The position numbers were made by a program, and so were the translations under genes. The notes under the pieces are model-generated. The model was given only the letters and a program-made list of their open reading frames with translations. It searched no databases and was not told the origin of the DNA. DNA of 64,000 bases from contig JBAIWX010000150.1 of the NCBI GenBank assembly GCA_037916975.1, positions 3,643 through 67,642 on the forward strand. The letters are read 5' to 3'. Below, piece by piece: positions 23,476 through 34,171 of this stretch (within the stretch, counting starts at the first letter, position 1; each line of letters begins with the position of its first letter). Source of the stretch: Gemmatimonadales bacterium. Lineage in GTDB: Bacteria > Gemmatimonadota > Gemmatimonadetes > Gemmatimonadales > GWC2-71-9.

Positions 23476-24264
23476 ATGCCCACCACCCTCGACCAGATCC
23501 TCGCCACCACCCGTGCCGGGCTGCCGGCCCTGGCGGAGCGGCGCCGCGCCCTCGAGGCGGCGGCCCTCGCGGCGCCCGCGCCCGGGCCCTTCGCCGCGGC
23601 GCTCCGCCGCCCGACCGTGGCGCTGATCGCGGAGGTGAAGCGCCGCTCGCCGTCCGCGGGGGCGATCAACGAGGGGCTCGACCCGGTCGCCCGGGCGCGC
23701 GGGTACGCCGCGGCGGGGGCGGCCGCGATCTCGGTGCTCACCGACGGACCGTACTTCGGCGGCTCGCTCGCGGACCTCGCCGCCGTCGCGCGCGCCGTGC
23801 CGGTCCCCTGCATCCGCAAGGACTTCATCCTCGCCGAGGAGCAGGTGCTCGAGGCGCGGGCGGCCGGCGCGGCGGCGATCCTCCTCATCGTGCGGGCGCT
23901 CGAGGCCGCGCGGCTCGCCGCGCTGCTCCGCTTCGCCGCCGGCCTCGGGCTGGGGGCGCTCGTGGAGGTGCACGACGCGGCGGAACTCGACGTGGCGCTC
24001 GCCTCGGGCGCCGAGGTCGTCGGGGTCAACAGTCGCGACCTGGCCACCTTCCGGATCGACGTCGCCGCCGCGTGGGCGCTCCTCGGCCGGGTCCCGGCGG
24101 ACCGGGTCGCGGTGGCCGAGAGCGGGATGGCCAGCGCCGCGGACGTCGCGCGCGCCGCGGAGGCGGGGGCCGACGCGGTGCTCGTCGGCACTGCGCTCTC
24201 CGCGGCGCCGGACCCCGATGCCCTCGCCGCGGCGCTGGCCGCGCTCCCGCGCCGTGGCCGTTGA
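23476..24264 (+). CDS. trpC: Indole-3-glycerol phosphate synthase
   Basis: IAEVKRRSPSAG, ISVLTDGPYFGG and IRKDFI. Confidence 0.9.
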   Translation: MPTTLDQILATTRAGLPALAERRRALEAAALAAPAPGPFAAALRRPTVALIAEVKRRSPSAGAINEGLDPVARARGYAAAGAAAISVLTDGPYFGGSLADLAAVARAVPVPCIRKDFILAEEQVLEARAAGAAAILLIVRALEAARLAALLRFAAGLGLGALVEVHDAAELDVALASGAEVVGVNSRDLATFRIDVAAAWALLGRVPADRVAVAESGMASAADVARAAEAGADAVLVGTALSAAPDPDALAAALAALPRRGR

Positions 24265-24898
24265 GGCGAAGATCTGCGGGCTCACCCGGCCGGAGGACGC
24301 CGCCCTCGCCGTCCGCCTGGGGGCCGACTACCTGGGGGCCGTCTTCGCCCCGAGTCCCCGCCAGGTGGACTGGCGCGTCGCCCGCGAGCTGGCCGCGGCG
24401 GGCGAGGGGGTGCCGCTCCTCGGCGTCTTCGTGCGCGAGCCGGCCGACGACATCCTGCGGCTGCGCGACCGCGCCCGGCTCGCCGGGGCGCAGCTGCACG
24501 GCGACTACGACGTGGCCACGCGGGAGCGGCTGGGCCGGGAGGGGCTGCGGGTCTGGAGCGTCGTGCGCCTCGCCGCCGAGGCGGACCTGGACGCGCTCGC
24601 GGGAGCGGTGGCGGCGGCCGAGCTGGTGCTGGTCGAGCCGAGGGTGCCCGGGGCGGAGGGGGGGACGGGGACCACGCTCCCGCTCGAGCTGGCCCAGGCG
24701 GCGCGGGGGCGGCTCGGCGGGGCGCGCATGGCCCTCGCCGGCGGGCTCGGGCCGGCGACGGTCGGCCGGGCGATCGCCCTCGTACGACCCGACGTCGTGG
24801 ATGTAAGTTCAGGCGTGGAAATGGCTCCGGGCCGCAAGGACCCGGCGCTGGTCGAGCAATTCCTGGAGGTGGTGCGTGACGGTCGGCCTCGCCCCTGA
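24254..24898 (+). CDS. trpF: Phosphoribosylanthranilate isomerase
   Basis: [28 protein letters not shown]... The GTG at 24254 was chosen (11-nt overlap with trpC). The ATG at 24218 is an alternative. Confidence 0.85.
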   Translation: MAVEAKICGLTRPEDAALAVRLGADYLGAVFAPSPRQVDWRVARELAAAGEGVPLLGVFVREPADDILRLRDRARLAGAQLHGDYDVATRERLGREGLRVWSVVRLAAEADLDALAGAVAAAELVLVEPRVPGAEGGTGTTLPLELAQAARGRLGGARMALAGGLGPATVGRAIALVRPDVVDVSSGVEMAPGRKDPALVEQFLEVVRDGRPRP

Positions 24899-26078
24899 AC
24901 GGAGCGTCGGCGGGCGCTTCGGCCCGTACGGCGGTCGCTACGTTCCCGAGACGCTCATGGCGGCGCTCGACGAGCTCGCGGCGCTCTACGACGGCGTGCG
25001 GCAGGACCCGGCGTTCTGGCGCGAGTACGGGGAGCTCCTCGCGGACGTGGTGGGACGGCCGAGCCGCCTCACGCCGGCGCCCCGCCTCTCGGCGGAGGTG
25101 GGGGCGCCGGTCTGGCTCAAGCGCGAGGACCTGAACCACACCGGCGCGCACAAGATCAACAACACCATCGGCCAGGCGCTGCTCGCGCGGCGGATGGGGA
25201 AGCGCCGGATCATCGCCGAGACCGGGGCGGGGCAGCACGGCGTGGCGACCGCGACCGTCTGCGCACGCTTCGGGCTCGAGTGCGTCGTGTACATGGGGGC
25301 GGAGGACGTGGCGCGCCAGGCGCTCAACGTCTACCGGATGCGGCTCCTCGGCGCCACCGTCGTGCCGGTGGAATCGGGGACGCGCACGCTCAAGGACGCC
25401 ACGAACGAGGCACTCCGCGACTGGGTCACCAACGTGCCCTCGACGCACTACATCATCGGCTCGGTGGTGGGTCCGGACCCGTTCCCGCGGATGGTGCGCG
25501 ACTTCCAGGCGGTGATCGGCCGCGAGGCGCGGGCGCAGATTCTCGAGCGCGCCGGCCGGCTGCCGCGGTCGGTCGTCGCGTGCGTGGGCGGCGGGTCGAA
25601 CGCGATCGGGATGTTCGCCGGCTTCCTCGACGACGCGGAGGTGGAGCTGGTCGGGGTGGAGGCGGCGGGCGAGGGCGTCGCGAGCGGGCGGCACAGCGCC
25701 ACGCTCACCGCCGGCGCCCCCGGCGTGCTGCACGGCTGCCTGAGCTACCTGCTGCAGGACGAGGACGGGCAGGTGGCGCCGGCCCACTCGGTGTCGGCGG
25801 GGCTCGACTACCCGGGCGTCGGGCCGGAGCACAGCTGGCTCCGCGACACCGGCCGCGTGCGCTACGCGACGGCGACCGACGCGGAGGCGCTCGCCGCCTT
25901 CCAGGCGGTCTGCCGGCTCGAGGGCATCATCCCGGCGCTCGAGACCGCCCACGCCTTCGCCTGCGTGCTGCGCGAGCGGGGCCGCTGGGCGGCGGACGAG
26001 CCGGTGCTCGTCTGCCTGAGCGGCCGCGGCGACAAGGACGTGGCGCACGTGGCGTCGCTCCTCGGGGCGCAGGGATGA
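24876..26078 (+). CDS. trpB: Tryptophan synthase beta chain
   Basis: [16 protein letters not shown], the PLP-Lys context HTGAHKINN, and GGGSNAIG. The GTG start overlaps the trpF end. Confidence 0.92.
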   Translation: MTVGLAPERSVGGRFGPYGGRYVPETLMAALDELAALYDGVRQDPAFWREYGELLADVVGRPSRLTPAPRLSAEVGAPVWLKREDLNHTGAHKINNTIGQALLARRMGKRRIIAETGAGQHGVATATVCARFGLECVVYMGAEDVARQALNVYRMRLLGATVVPVESGTRTLKDATNEALRDWVTNVPSTHYIIGSVVGPDPFPRMVRDFQAVIGREARAQILERAGRLPRSVVACVGGGSNAIGMFAGFLDDAEVELVGVEAAGEGVASGRHSATLTAGAPGVLHGCLSYLLQDEDGQVAPAHSVSAGLDYPGVGPEHSWLRDTGRVRYATATDAEALAAFQAVCRLEGIIPALETAHAFACVLRERGRWAADEPVLVCLSGRGDKDVAHVASLLGAQG

Positions 26079-27760
26079 CCGCACCCCAGCACGAGGCGGT
26101 GCTGCCCGCGGCGCAGGTCGCCGAGGTCATCAACAGCCTCGTGAAGGCGCTGCGCGCCTTCCAGATGTACCTCCCCAACAACCCCATCTACCAGCGCGCC
26201 GCGCAGAACGCGCGGGCGGCGTTCGCGCCCATCTGGGCGGTGCTCGACGAGCTCGTGCTCACGGTGCAGGAGACCGACTTCACCTGGGAGGGGGAGACGG
26301 TCTACCACCAGCTCCAGAAGAACGAGAGCCTCGCCTGGATGCTGTTCAAGGACGGGATGCGCGTCCTCACGCTCCGGCGGGGCGTGGAGGAGGGGGAGCT
26401 CCAGCGCTTCCTCGAGACCGTGAACCGCGCCCGGTTCCTCGCGCCCAACGCGGGCGACGACCTCCTCACGCTCCTCTGGGAGCAGGAGTTCGCCCACATC
26501 CAGTACCACTTCGTCGAGGGCTTCGGCGACGAGGCGGTCCCCGAGGCGGACACCACGGCGTACGGCGGGAGCACCGAGGCGACGGCGACGCAGGTGCAGC
26601 AGCAGGTGCGGGAGGAGGCGCCGCCGCGGCCGCCGGGCATCGTGGACCTCGAGGAGTTCGACTCGACGCTCTACTTCCTCGACGACCGCGAGATCCAGTA
26701 CATCCAGGACGAGGTCGCGAAGGAGTACGCCCGCGACGTGCGCGGCGCGGCACTGGCCACGCTCTACGACGTCTTCGAGTTCGAGCCGCGCCGGGAGTAC
26801 CGGGAGGAGATCCTCGGTGTCCTCGAGCTCCTCTTCCCGAACCTCCTCAACGCCGGCGAGTTCCGCACGGTGGCGGCGATGCTGCGCGAGCTGCGCCAGC
26901 TGGCGCAGCGGGCGCCGCAGCTCGCGCCCGAGCACCGGGAGCGCCTCGCGGGGTTCGAGGCGAAGCTCGGCGAGCCGGAGATCGTGCGCCAGCTCATCCA
27001 GTCGCTCGACGAGGCGGCGGCGCTCCCGGGGGACGAGGACGTCACCGAGGTGCTCCGCGAGCTGCGCCCGGCGGCGCTCGGCGCGATCGTGGGGGCGATC
27101 CCGACCGTCGCGACGCCGCACGTGCGCACCCTGCTCGAGCAGGCGGCGGACCGGCTCGCCGCGGGCCACCCGGGCGAGGTGCTCCGGCTCCTCAAGGAGC
27201 CCGAGCACCCGGCGCTCGGCGAGATCGTCGGGATGTGCGGCCGCCTCAAGCTGCAGGGCGCGGTCCCGGGCCTGGGCGAGACGATCGCGCACGCGGACGC
27301 GGCGGTCCGGCTCGCCTCGGTCCAGGCGCTCGCGGAGATCGCGACGGCGGGCGCCCTCACCGCGATGGAGCGCGCCGTGGACGACGCCGACCGCGCCGTC
27401 CGCCTCGCCGCGGTGCGCTTCCTCGGCTCGCGCGGCTACAAGAACGCGCTCCGGCGGATCGAGCCGGTCGTCGCCGGGAAGGCCGGCCGCGACGTGGACC
27501 TGACCGAGAAGATGGCCTTCTTCGAGGCCTACGGGGCGATCGCCGGCGGCACGGCCGTCGCCACGCTGCAGAGCATGCTCCTCTCGCGCGGGCTCCTCGG
27601 CTACCGGGCGAGCCCCGAGACGCGCGCCTGCGCCGCGATGGCGCTGGGCCGGATCCGCACCCCGGAGGCGCGGGCGGTGCTCGAGCGGGCCGCCGACGAC
27701 AAGGAGCTCGTGGTCCGCAACGCCGTGAGCCGGGCCCTGCGGGGCGGGGGGAGCGAGTGA
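26075..27760 (+). CDS. Hypothetical protein: unknown N-terminal domain plus C-terminal HEAT/PBS-lyase-type repeats
   Basis: 561 aa. The ATG overlaps the trpB stop (ATGA at 26075-26078). C-terminal repeats are [38 protein letters not shown] and [14 protein letters not shown]. The N-terminal ~100 aa ([21 protein letters not shown]...) are paralogous to the N-terminus of the next gene. Confidence 0.7.
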   Translation: MTAPQHEAVLPAAQVAEVINSLVKALRAFQMYLPNNPIYQRAAQNARAAFAPIWAVLDELVLTVQETDFTWEGETVYHQLQKNESLAWMLFKDGMRVLTLRRGVEEGELQRFLETVNRARFLAPNAGDDLLTLLWEQEFAHIQYHFVEGFGDEAVPEADTTAYGGSTEATATQVQQQVREEAPPRPPGIVDLEEFDSTLYFLDDREIQYIQDEVAKEYARDVRGAALATLYDVFEFEPRREYREEILGVLELLFPNLLNAGEFRTVAAMLRELRQLAQRAPQLAPEHRERLAGFEAKLGEPEIVRQLIQSLDEAAALPGDEDVTEVLRELRPAALGAIVGAIPTVATPHVRTLLEQAADRLAAGHPGEVLRLLKEPEHPALGEIVGMCGRLKLQGAVPGLGETIAHADAAVRLASVQALAEIATAGALTAMERAVDDADRAVRLAAVRFLGSRGYKNALRRIEPVVAGKAGRDVDLTEKMAFFEAYGAIAGGTAVATLQSMLLSRGLLGYRASPETRACAAMALGRIRTPEARAVLERAADDKELVVRNAVSRALRGGGSE

Positions 27761-29220
27761 GCCAGGGCCCGGCGACGACCCGCTCCGACGTCTCGGCCGA
27801 CGCGGCGCTCCGCGCCGGCGGCCGCGGCCTCCTCCTCGCGCTCTACGCCGCGCTCCGCAGCCTCAAGCTCTACCCGGTCGAGAACGCGACGGTCCAGAAG
27901 GCGCTCGACGACCTGCAGGCCGCCGCGCACGTCCTCCTCGGCGCGGAGCGGCACATCGAGGTGCGGCTCGCCGGCGACTTCATCTTCGTCAACCAGACGC
28001 GCCTGCGCCTCGAGCTCGACAACTACGCCTCGTTCAGCTACCTGCTCCAGCTCTTCCGGGCGCTCGAGGTGGGCGTGCTGCGCGTCGGGCTCGAGGTGGA
28101 GCGCCGGGAGTGGCAGGCGTTCCTGAGCGTGCTGCTCAGCCTGCAGGCGCGCGCCGGGCAGGAGCACGTGTTCGCGGAGGTGATGGAGCGGCTCCAGGGG
28201 GCGGGGGTGCGGCACCTCGAGCTCGAGGAGGCGCAGCCGAGCGAGGAGGCGCTGCAGGACCAGGAGAAGCAGCGCGAGATCGCCAAGCGGACCTACGCGC
28301 AGGGCGTGGCGGTGACGCGCGAGGTGATGACGAGCCTCCGCTTCGGGCGCGCGACGAGCGTGAAGCGGGTGAAGCGGGCCGTCCAGCTCATCGTGGACCA
28401 GGTGCTCAACAACGAGACCTCGATCGTCGGCCTCACGACCATCCGCGACTACGACGAGTACACCTTCGCCCACTCGGTGAACGTGTGCATCTTCGCCGTG
28501 GCGCTGGGCAAGAAGATCGGCCTCTCCCGCCTGCAGCTCTACGACCTGGGCATGACCGCGCTCATGCACGACATCGGCAAGGCGCGCATCCCCGTGGACG
28601 TGCTCAACAAGACCACGAGCCTGGACGACGCCGAGTGGCGGCTGATGCAGGCCCACCCGTGGCTCGGGGCGCTCACGCTCTTCGGGCTCCGGGGCTACGA
28701 GGAGATCCCGTACCGCTCGGTCCTCGTCGCGTTCGAGCACCACATGAAGGTGGACAAGACGGGCTACCCGCGGCCGATCCGGCCGAGGGACCTCGGGATC
28801 TACTCGCGCATCGTCTCGGTGGCGGACGGGTTCGACGCGGCGACGACGCGCCGCAGCTACCAGACGATCCCGATCGAGCCCGACCAGGTGCTGCGCGAGA
28901 TGTGGGAGAACCCGCGGCGCGGCCTCGACCCGGTGCTCGTCAAGGCCCTCATCAACCTGCTGGGCATCTACCCGGTCGGCACCTGCGTCATCCTCGACAC
29001 CTTCGAGGTGGCGATCGTGACGGGGCCGAACCCCGACACGAACCTGCTCAACCGGCCGCTCGTGCGGATCGCGATCGACGTCAACGGCGGCATGCTCCCC
29101 GCCCCGGGGGTCGCCGCGAACCTGGGCGACCAGGACGGGAGCGGGCACTACCTCCGCTCGATCGTGAAGGTCACCAACCCCGTCCGCTACGGCCTCGTGC
29201 CGGGGAACTACTTTGTCTGA
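27757..29220 (+). CDS. HD-GYP domain protein (putative cyclic-di-GMP phosphodiesterase)
   Basis: 487 aa. The GTG overlaps the upstream stop (GTGA at 27757-27760). HD-GYP motifs are FAHSVNVCIFAVALG, LMHDIGKARIP and EHHMKVDKTGYPRP. Confidence 0.8.
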   Translation: MSQGPATTRSDVSADAALRAGGRGLLLALYAALRSLKLYPVENATVQKALDDLQAAAHVLLGAERHIEVRLAGDFIFVNQTRLRLELDNYASFSYLLQLFRALEVGVLRVGLEVERREWQAFLSVLLSLQARAGQEHVFAEVMERLQGAGVRHLELEEAQPSEEALQDQEKQREIAKRTYAQGVAVTREVMTSLRFGRATSVKRVKRAVQLIVDQVLNNETSIVGLTTIRDYDEYTFAHSVNVCIFAVALGKKIGLSRLQLYDLGMTALMHDIGKARIPVDVLNKTTSLDDAEWRLMQAHPWLGALTLFGLRGYEEIPYRSVLVAFEHHMKVDKTGYPRPIRPRDLGIYSRIVSVADGFDAATTRRSYQTIPIEPDQVLREMWENPRRGLDPVLVKALINLLGIYPVGTCVILDTFEVAIVTGPNPDTNLLNRPLVRIAIDVNGGMLPAPGVAANLGDQDGSGHYLRSIVKVTNPVRYGLVPGNYFV

Positions 29221-30007
29221 GTCGCGCCTCGCCGCGACCTTCGCGCGCCTGCGGGCGGCGCGGCGGCCGGCGCTCGTCACCTACCTCACGGCGGGGTTCC
29301 CCGACCGCGCCACGAGCCTGGCCGCGCTCCGGGCCGCCGACGAGGTGGCCGACGTGCTCGAGGTGGGCGTCCCCTTCAGCGATCCCCTCGCCGACGGCCC
29401 CACGATCCAGCGCTCGACCTTCCGGGCCCTCGAGCAGGGGATGACCCTCGCCGGCACGCTCGAGCTCGTGCGCGAGCTGCGGGCCCGGGCGCCGGTCGTC
29501 CTCTTCAGTTACGTCAACCCGATCCTGCGCTACGGGACCGAGCGCTTCCTGCGCGACGCGGCGGCCCTCGGCGTGGCGGGCCTCCTCCTCACCGACGTCC
29601 CCGCCGGGAGCGACCCCGCGCTCGAGGCGGCGGTGGCGCGGAGCGGCCTCGACCTGATCCGGCTCCTCGCCCCCACGACGCGGCCGGAGCGGCTCGCGGA
29701 GGCGGTGCAGGGGGCCTCCGGCTTCCTCTACCTCGTCTCGCGCCTGGGCGTGACCGGCGCGAGCCAGTCGCTCGCCGCCGACCTCGAGGCGTCGGTCGCG
29801 CGGGTGCGCGCTGCCTCGCCGCTTCCGGTCGCCGTCGGCTTCGGCATCTCCACCCCGGAGCAGGCGGCGCGCGTGGGCCACCTCGCCGACGGCGTCGTGG
29901 TGGGCAGCGCCCTCGTGGATCGGCTGGGGACCGAGGGCGTCGCGGGGGTGCGGGCCCTCCTTGCGGGGCTCCGCGCCGCGCTCGACGCCCCGGGAGTGGC
30001 CGCATGA
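29213..30007 (+). CDS. trpA: Tryptophan synthase alpha chain
   Basis: [12 protein letters not shown] and [18 protein letters not shown]. The TTG start at 29213 overlaps the last 8 nt of the HD-GYP gene. Confidence 0.9.
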   Translation: MSESRLAATFARLRAARRPALVTYLTAGFPDRATSLAALRAADEVADVLEVGVPFSDPLADGPTIQRSTFRALEQGMTLAGTLELVRELRARAPVVLFSYVNPILRYGTERFLRDAAALGVAGLLLTDVPAGSDPALEAAVARSGLDLIRLLAPTTRPERLAEAVQGASGFLYLVSRLGVTGASQSLAADLEASVARVRAASPLPVAVGFGISTPEQAARVGHLADGVVVGSALVDRLGTEGVAGVRALLAGLRAALDAPGVAA

Positions 30008-32088
30008 CGACCGTGCGCACGGCGCTCCTCGTGGAGGGCTACGCCCGGGTGATTGCCTGGGGCGGGGTCGCGCTCGGCGTGGCCGCCCTCGCGCTCGACC
30101 CCCGGTTCCTCGCCGCCCCCGGCGCCACCCTCCTCATCGCGGTGGCGATCCTGCTGCTCCGCGCCTTCCCCGTGCGGCTCAGCAAGTACTCCTACCTGAC
30201 GCAGGCGGCGGTCCCCGTGCTGGTGGGCGCGGTCGCGGTCGGCCCGGGCCCGGTGGTGGCGGCGCTGCTCGTGGGGGTCTTCGGCGCCGACGTGCTCTGG
30301 CTCCGGAAGGCGACCCGCGTGGGCCTCATCAACGCCGGGCGGGAGGTGGTCGCGTTCACGGCGGCCTACGGGCTCTATGCCGCCGTGCTGGCGGCGACCG
30401 GCACCCCGGGCCTCGCGCTCGACTGGCTCCCGGCGGCATTCACGCTCGTCGCCGCGCACTTCTTCTTCACGCGAAGCCTCTTCTACTTCACCCTCCTGAT
30501 CCGCGACAAGCTCGAGCACGTCGAGCAGCTCCTCATCGTCCGCTGGGAGGTGGTGTCGTACCTCCTCACGCTCGGCGCCTGCGTGATCGTGGGTGCCGCG
30601 CTCGCGACCCTCTCGCCCGCGGGGTGGCTCGCGGTGCTCGGGGTCCTCGCCGCGATCGGGCTCCTCACGAAGCGGATCCTCGAGGAGGCGATCGCCGCCG
30701 AGGACCTCAACAAGATCCACCTCGTGGAGTCGGCGGTGGCGAGCAGCACCGGCCTCGTCGGCGCCTTCGAGCAGATCGAGCGCCTCGGCTACCGGCTCCT
30801 CGACTGGGGCGACTTCCGCATCTGCCGCGCCGAGGGGGAGCGCGTCGTCGTCGCGTACCGGGGCCGGATCGGGCGCCCCGAGCGCGAGCGGCTCCCCGCG
30901 GACCTGCCGACGCTGCGCCGGCAGGTGGCCGCCACCGGCCAGCCCCTCCTCGTGCGCGACGCCGAGCGCGACCCGCGCATCACCGCGCCGGAGCCCGGGG
31001 TGCGCAGCATGATCGTGTACCCCATCCGGTTCGGCGACGAGTTCCTCGGCACCCTCGAGATCGACCACTTCAAGCGCCACGTCTACGGCACCAAGGACCT
31101 CTCGGCCCTCGGCACCATCGCCGCGCAGGTGGCCACGGCGATCCACATCGCCGAGCTGCGCCGCCCGCTCGCCACGACCGTGCAGCAGATCGGCGACCAG
31201 GTCACCGCGCTCGCACGCGTCACGGAGTCGCTCCGGGCGTCGGCGGCGGCGCTCACGCAGGCCTCCGCCGCCGTGCAGCGCACCGTGACGGAACAGGACG
31301 CGTTCGTGCGCGGGGGCCTCGAGACGACCACCGCGCTGACCGCCGATGCCGACACGGTGGCGGAGCAGGGGGCCCGCGTCGCCTCGGCGAGCCGCGCCAC
31401 CACCGAGGTGGCTGCGCAGAAGCGCATCGTGATCGGCGACGCGATCCAGCGGCTCGTGCACCTGCAGGAGTTCGTGCGCGACACCTCGGGGCAGGTGGCC
31501 GCCCTCGGCGGGGTGACCCGGCGCATCACCGGCTTCATCGGGACGATCCGCGAGATCGCCGACACCACGAACCTCATCGCCCTCAACGCCGCCATCGAGG
31601 CGGCGCGCGCGGGGCGCGAGGGCCGCGGCTTCGCCATCGTCGCCGAGGAGGTCCGCACCCTGGCGAGCCAGAGCCTCCACGCCGCGCGCGAGGCGGGCGC
31701 CCTCGTGACGGAGATCGCCGACCAGGTGGAGCGCGTGACCGCCCAGATGGCCCGCGGCCAGGAGACGGTCGCCGGCGTGGAGCGGCTCAGCACCGAGGCG
31801 GCCCTCGCCCTCGACGCCATCGGCAGCGCGGCGGGCGAGGCGGGGGAGCACGCCGCGCAGATCGCGGAAACCGCCGCGGCGCAGCGCCGGCAGGCCGCCT
31901 CCCTCTCGGCGCAGATCGAGCGCGTGGCGCAGGTGGCCCGCCGGGCCCGGGGCGAGTCCGACGCCCTGGCGCAGCAGGCGAGCGCAGCCGCCCGCGGCCA
32001 GGTGGAACTCGAGGGGGCCATCCGCGAGCTGGGCGACGTGGCGTCCGAGCTGCAGCGGATCGCCCGGCACTTCGCGGTGGACGCGTGA
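30004..32088 (+). CDS. Polytopic membrane protein with GAF domain and methyl-accepting chemotaxis (MCP) signalling domain
   Basis: 694 aa. The ATG overlaps the trpA stop (ATGA at 30004-30007). The first ~240 aa have 6-8 hydrophobic helices. A GAF-like segment follows ([17 protein letters not shown]...[21 protein letters not shown]). The canonical MCP hairpin tip is [40 protein letters not shown]. No HAMP domain is evident. Confidence 0.8.
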   Translation: MTTVRTALLVEGYARVIAWGGVALGVAALALDPRFLAAPGATLLIAVAILLLRAFPVRLSKYSYLTQAAVPVLVGAVAVGPGPVVAALLVGVFGADVLWLRKATRVGLINAGREVVAFTAAYGLYAAVLAATGTPGLALDWLPAAFTLVAAHFFFTRSLFYFTLLIRDKLEHVEQLLIVRWEVVSYLLTLGACVIVGAALATLSPAGWLAVLGVLAAIGLLTKRILEEAIAAEDLNKIHLVESAVASSTGLVGAFEQIERLGYRLLDWGDFRICRAEGERVVVAYRGRIGRPERERLPADLPTLRRQVAATGQPLLVRDAERDPRITAPEPGVRSMIVYPIRFGDEFLGTLEIDHFKRHVYGTKDLSALGTIAAQVATAIHIAELRRPLATTVQQIGDQVTALARVTESLRASAAALTQASAAVQRTVTEQDAFVRGGLETTTALTADADTVAEQGARVASASRATTEVAAQKRIVIGDAIQRLVHLQEFVRDTSGQVAALGGVTRRITGFIGTIREIADTTNLIALNAAIEAARAGREGRGFAIVAEEVRTLASQSLHAAREAGALVTEIADQVERVTAQMARGQETVAGVERLSTEAALALDAIGSAAGEAGEHAAQIAETAAAQRRQAASLSAQIERVAQVARRARGESDALAQQASAAARGQVELEGAIRELGDVASELQRIARHFAVDA

Positions 32089-32510
32089 GCGCCCCCCGCC
32101 CGGTGCGCGCCTACGTGGCGCTCGGCAGCAACCTCGGCGACCGTGCGGCGCACCTCGCCGCGGCGCGCGCGGGGCTCGCGGCGCTCCCGGGCACCCGGCT
32201 CGTCGCGGCGAGCCGCGTCGAGGAAACGGCCCCCCTCGGCGGCCTGGACCAGCCGGCCTACCTGAACCAGATGGTCCTCCTCGAGACGACCCTCGCGCCC
32301 CGCGAGCTCCTCGCGCACGCCCACGCCCTGGAGGCCGCCGCCGGGCGCGTCCGCGGCGAGCGCTGGGGCTCGCGCACCCTCGACGTGGACCTCGTGCGCT
32401 ACGGCGAGGCCGAGGTGTCGGAGCCGGACCTGCGCCTCCCCCATCCCGGGCTCCGCGACCGGGACTTCTGGCAGCGCGAGCTCGCCGAACTGGCTCCCCA
32501 TGACGCCTGA
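32085..32510 (+). CDS. folK: 2-amino-4-hydroxy-6-hydroxymethyldihydropteridine diphosphokinase
   Basis: [23 protein letters not shown] and LRLPHPGL. The GTG overlaps the MCP stop (GTGA). Confidence 0.85.
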   Translation: MSAPRPVRAYVALGSNLGDRAAHLAAARAGLAALPGTRLVAASRVEETAPLGGLDQPAYLNQMVLLETTLAPRELLAHAHALEAAAGRVRGERWGSRTLDVDLVRYGEAEVSEPDLRLPHPGLRDRDFWQRELAELAPHDA

Positions 32511-33312
32511 CGCCCGGCCGCAGCACCTCACCGACCTCGTCGCGCTCAAGCGCGCGGGGCGGCCCATCGTGATGCTCACCTGCTACGACGCCGCGTTCGC
32601 GCGGCTCCTCGAGGCCGCCGGCGTGGACGTGCTCCTCGTGGGCGACTCGCTCAACCAGGTCGTCGCGGGGCAGGAGACGACTCTCAGCGCCACCCTCGAC
32701 CAGATGATCTACCACGCCGCCGCCGTGCGGCGCGGGGCGCCCCGCGTCCCGCTCGTGGTGGACCTGCCGTTCCTCACCTATCAGGTGAGCGTCGAGGAGG
32801 CGATCCGGAACGCGGGCCGCGTGCTGCAGGAGACCGGCGGGAACGCGGTCAAGCTCGAGGGCGGCGCCGCCATGGTGCCGACCGTCCGGGCCCTGGTCGA
32901 GCGCGGGATCCCGGTCGTCGGGCACCTCGGGCTCCAGCCGCAGTCCGTCAACGCGACCGGCGGCTACCGCGTGCAGGGCCGCGACCCCGCCGCCGCGGAG
33001 CGGCTCCTCGCCGACGCGCAGGCGCTCGAGGCGGCGGGTGCGTCGCTCCTCGTCCTCGAGCTCGTGCCCGCCGCGCTGGCCCGGCGCGTGAGCGAGGCGC
33101 TCGCGATCCCCACCATCGGCATCGGGGCGGGGCCCGGCTGCGATGGCCAGGTCCTCGTCCTGCACGACATGCTCGGCCTCACCGAGTCCTTCACCCCGAA
33201 GTTCCTGCGCCGCTTCGCCGAGCTGGGCCCCGCGGTGCGCGCGGCCGCGGCCGCCTACGGCGCGGCTGTCCGGGACCGGGCGTATCCGGGACCCGAGCAC
33301 AGCTTCGACTGA
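32500..33312 (+). CDS. panB: 3-methyl-2-oxobutanoate hydroxymethyltransferase
   Basis: IVMLTCYDAAFARLL, VLLVGDSL, and AVKLEGG. Confidence 0.9.
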   Translation: MTPDARPQHLTDLVALKRAGRPIVMLTCYDAAFARLLEAAGVDVLLVGDSLNQVVAGQETTLSATLDQMIYHAAAVRRGAPRVPLVVDLPFLTYQVSVEEAIRNAGRVLQETGGNAVKLEGGAAMVPTVRALVERGIPVVGHLGLQPQSVNATGGYRVQGRDPAAAERLLADAQALEAAGASLLVLELVPAALARRVSEALAIPTIGIGAGPGCDGQVLVLHDMLGLTESFTPKFLRRFAELGPAVRAAAAAYGAAVRDRAYPGPEHSFD

Positions 33313-33319
33313 GGCGGCC

Positions 33320-34171
33320 GTGGAGGAGCGGAGCGGGATCGCCGAGGTGCGCGCCTGGGTGGCGGCGCGCCGTGCCCGGGGGGGGCGTGTCGGTTTCGTG
33401 CCGACCATGGGCTACCTCCACGAGGGCCACTTGCGCCTCGTGGACGCCGCGCGCGGCACCGCCGGCGCGGTGGTGATGAGCATCTTCGTCAACCCGCTCC
33501 AGTTCGGCCCGTCGGAGGACCTCGCGCGCTACCCGCGCGACCTGCCGCGCGACCGGGCACTCGCGGCCGGCCGGGGTGTGGACCTGCTCTTCACGCCGGC
33601 GGTCGAGGCGATGTACCCCCCCGGCAGCGCGACGCGCGTGGAACCCGGACCGCTCGCCACTCGTTGGGAGGGAGCGGTCCGTCCCGGGCACTTCGGCGGC
33701 GTGCTCACCGTGGTGCTCAAGCTGTTCGGGATCGTGCAGCCGGACGTGGCCATCTTCGGGCGGAAGGACTTCCAGCAGGCGGCGCTGGTGCGGCAGATGG
33801 TGCGGGATTTCGATCTGCCGGTCGAGGTCCGGGTCGCCCCGACGGTGCGTGAATCCGACGGCCTGGCGCTGTCCAGCCGCAACACCTACCTGAGTCCCGC
33901 GGAGCGCGCGCAGGGCCTCGGGCTCTCGCGGGCCCTCCGCACCGCCTGCGAGGCATGGGCCGCCGGCGAGCGGGATGCCGGGCGGCTGGCGCGGATGATG
34001 CACGAGGTCGTGGCGCGGCACCCCGGCCTCGAGCCCGACTATATTGCCGTCGTTTCGCCGGATACGCTCGAGCCGGTCACGGAGGCCGGGCCCGACACGG
34101 TGGCGCTCGTGGCGGCCCGCGCGGGCCGGACGCGCCTGCTCGACAACGCGATCCTCGCCGAGGGACTGTGA
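33320..34171 (+). CDS. panC: Pantoate--beta-alanine ligase
   Basis: [17 protein letters not shown] and [13 protein letters not shown]. The GTG at 33320 was chosen within the longer track ORF. Confidence 0.88.
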   Translation: MEERSGIAEVRAWVAARRARGGRVGFVPTMGYLHEGHLRLVDAARGTAGAVVMSIFVNPLQFGPSEDLARYPRDLPRDRALAAGRGVDLLFTPAVEAMYPPGSATRVEPGPLATRWEGAVRPGHFGGVLTVVLKLFGIVQPDVAIFGRKDFQQAALVRQMVRDFDLPVEVRVAPTVRESDGLALSSRNTYLSPAERAQGLGLSRALRTACEAWAAGERDAGRLARMMHEVVARHPGLEPDYIAVVSPDTLEPVTEAGPDTVALVAARAGRTRLLDNAILAEGL

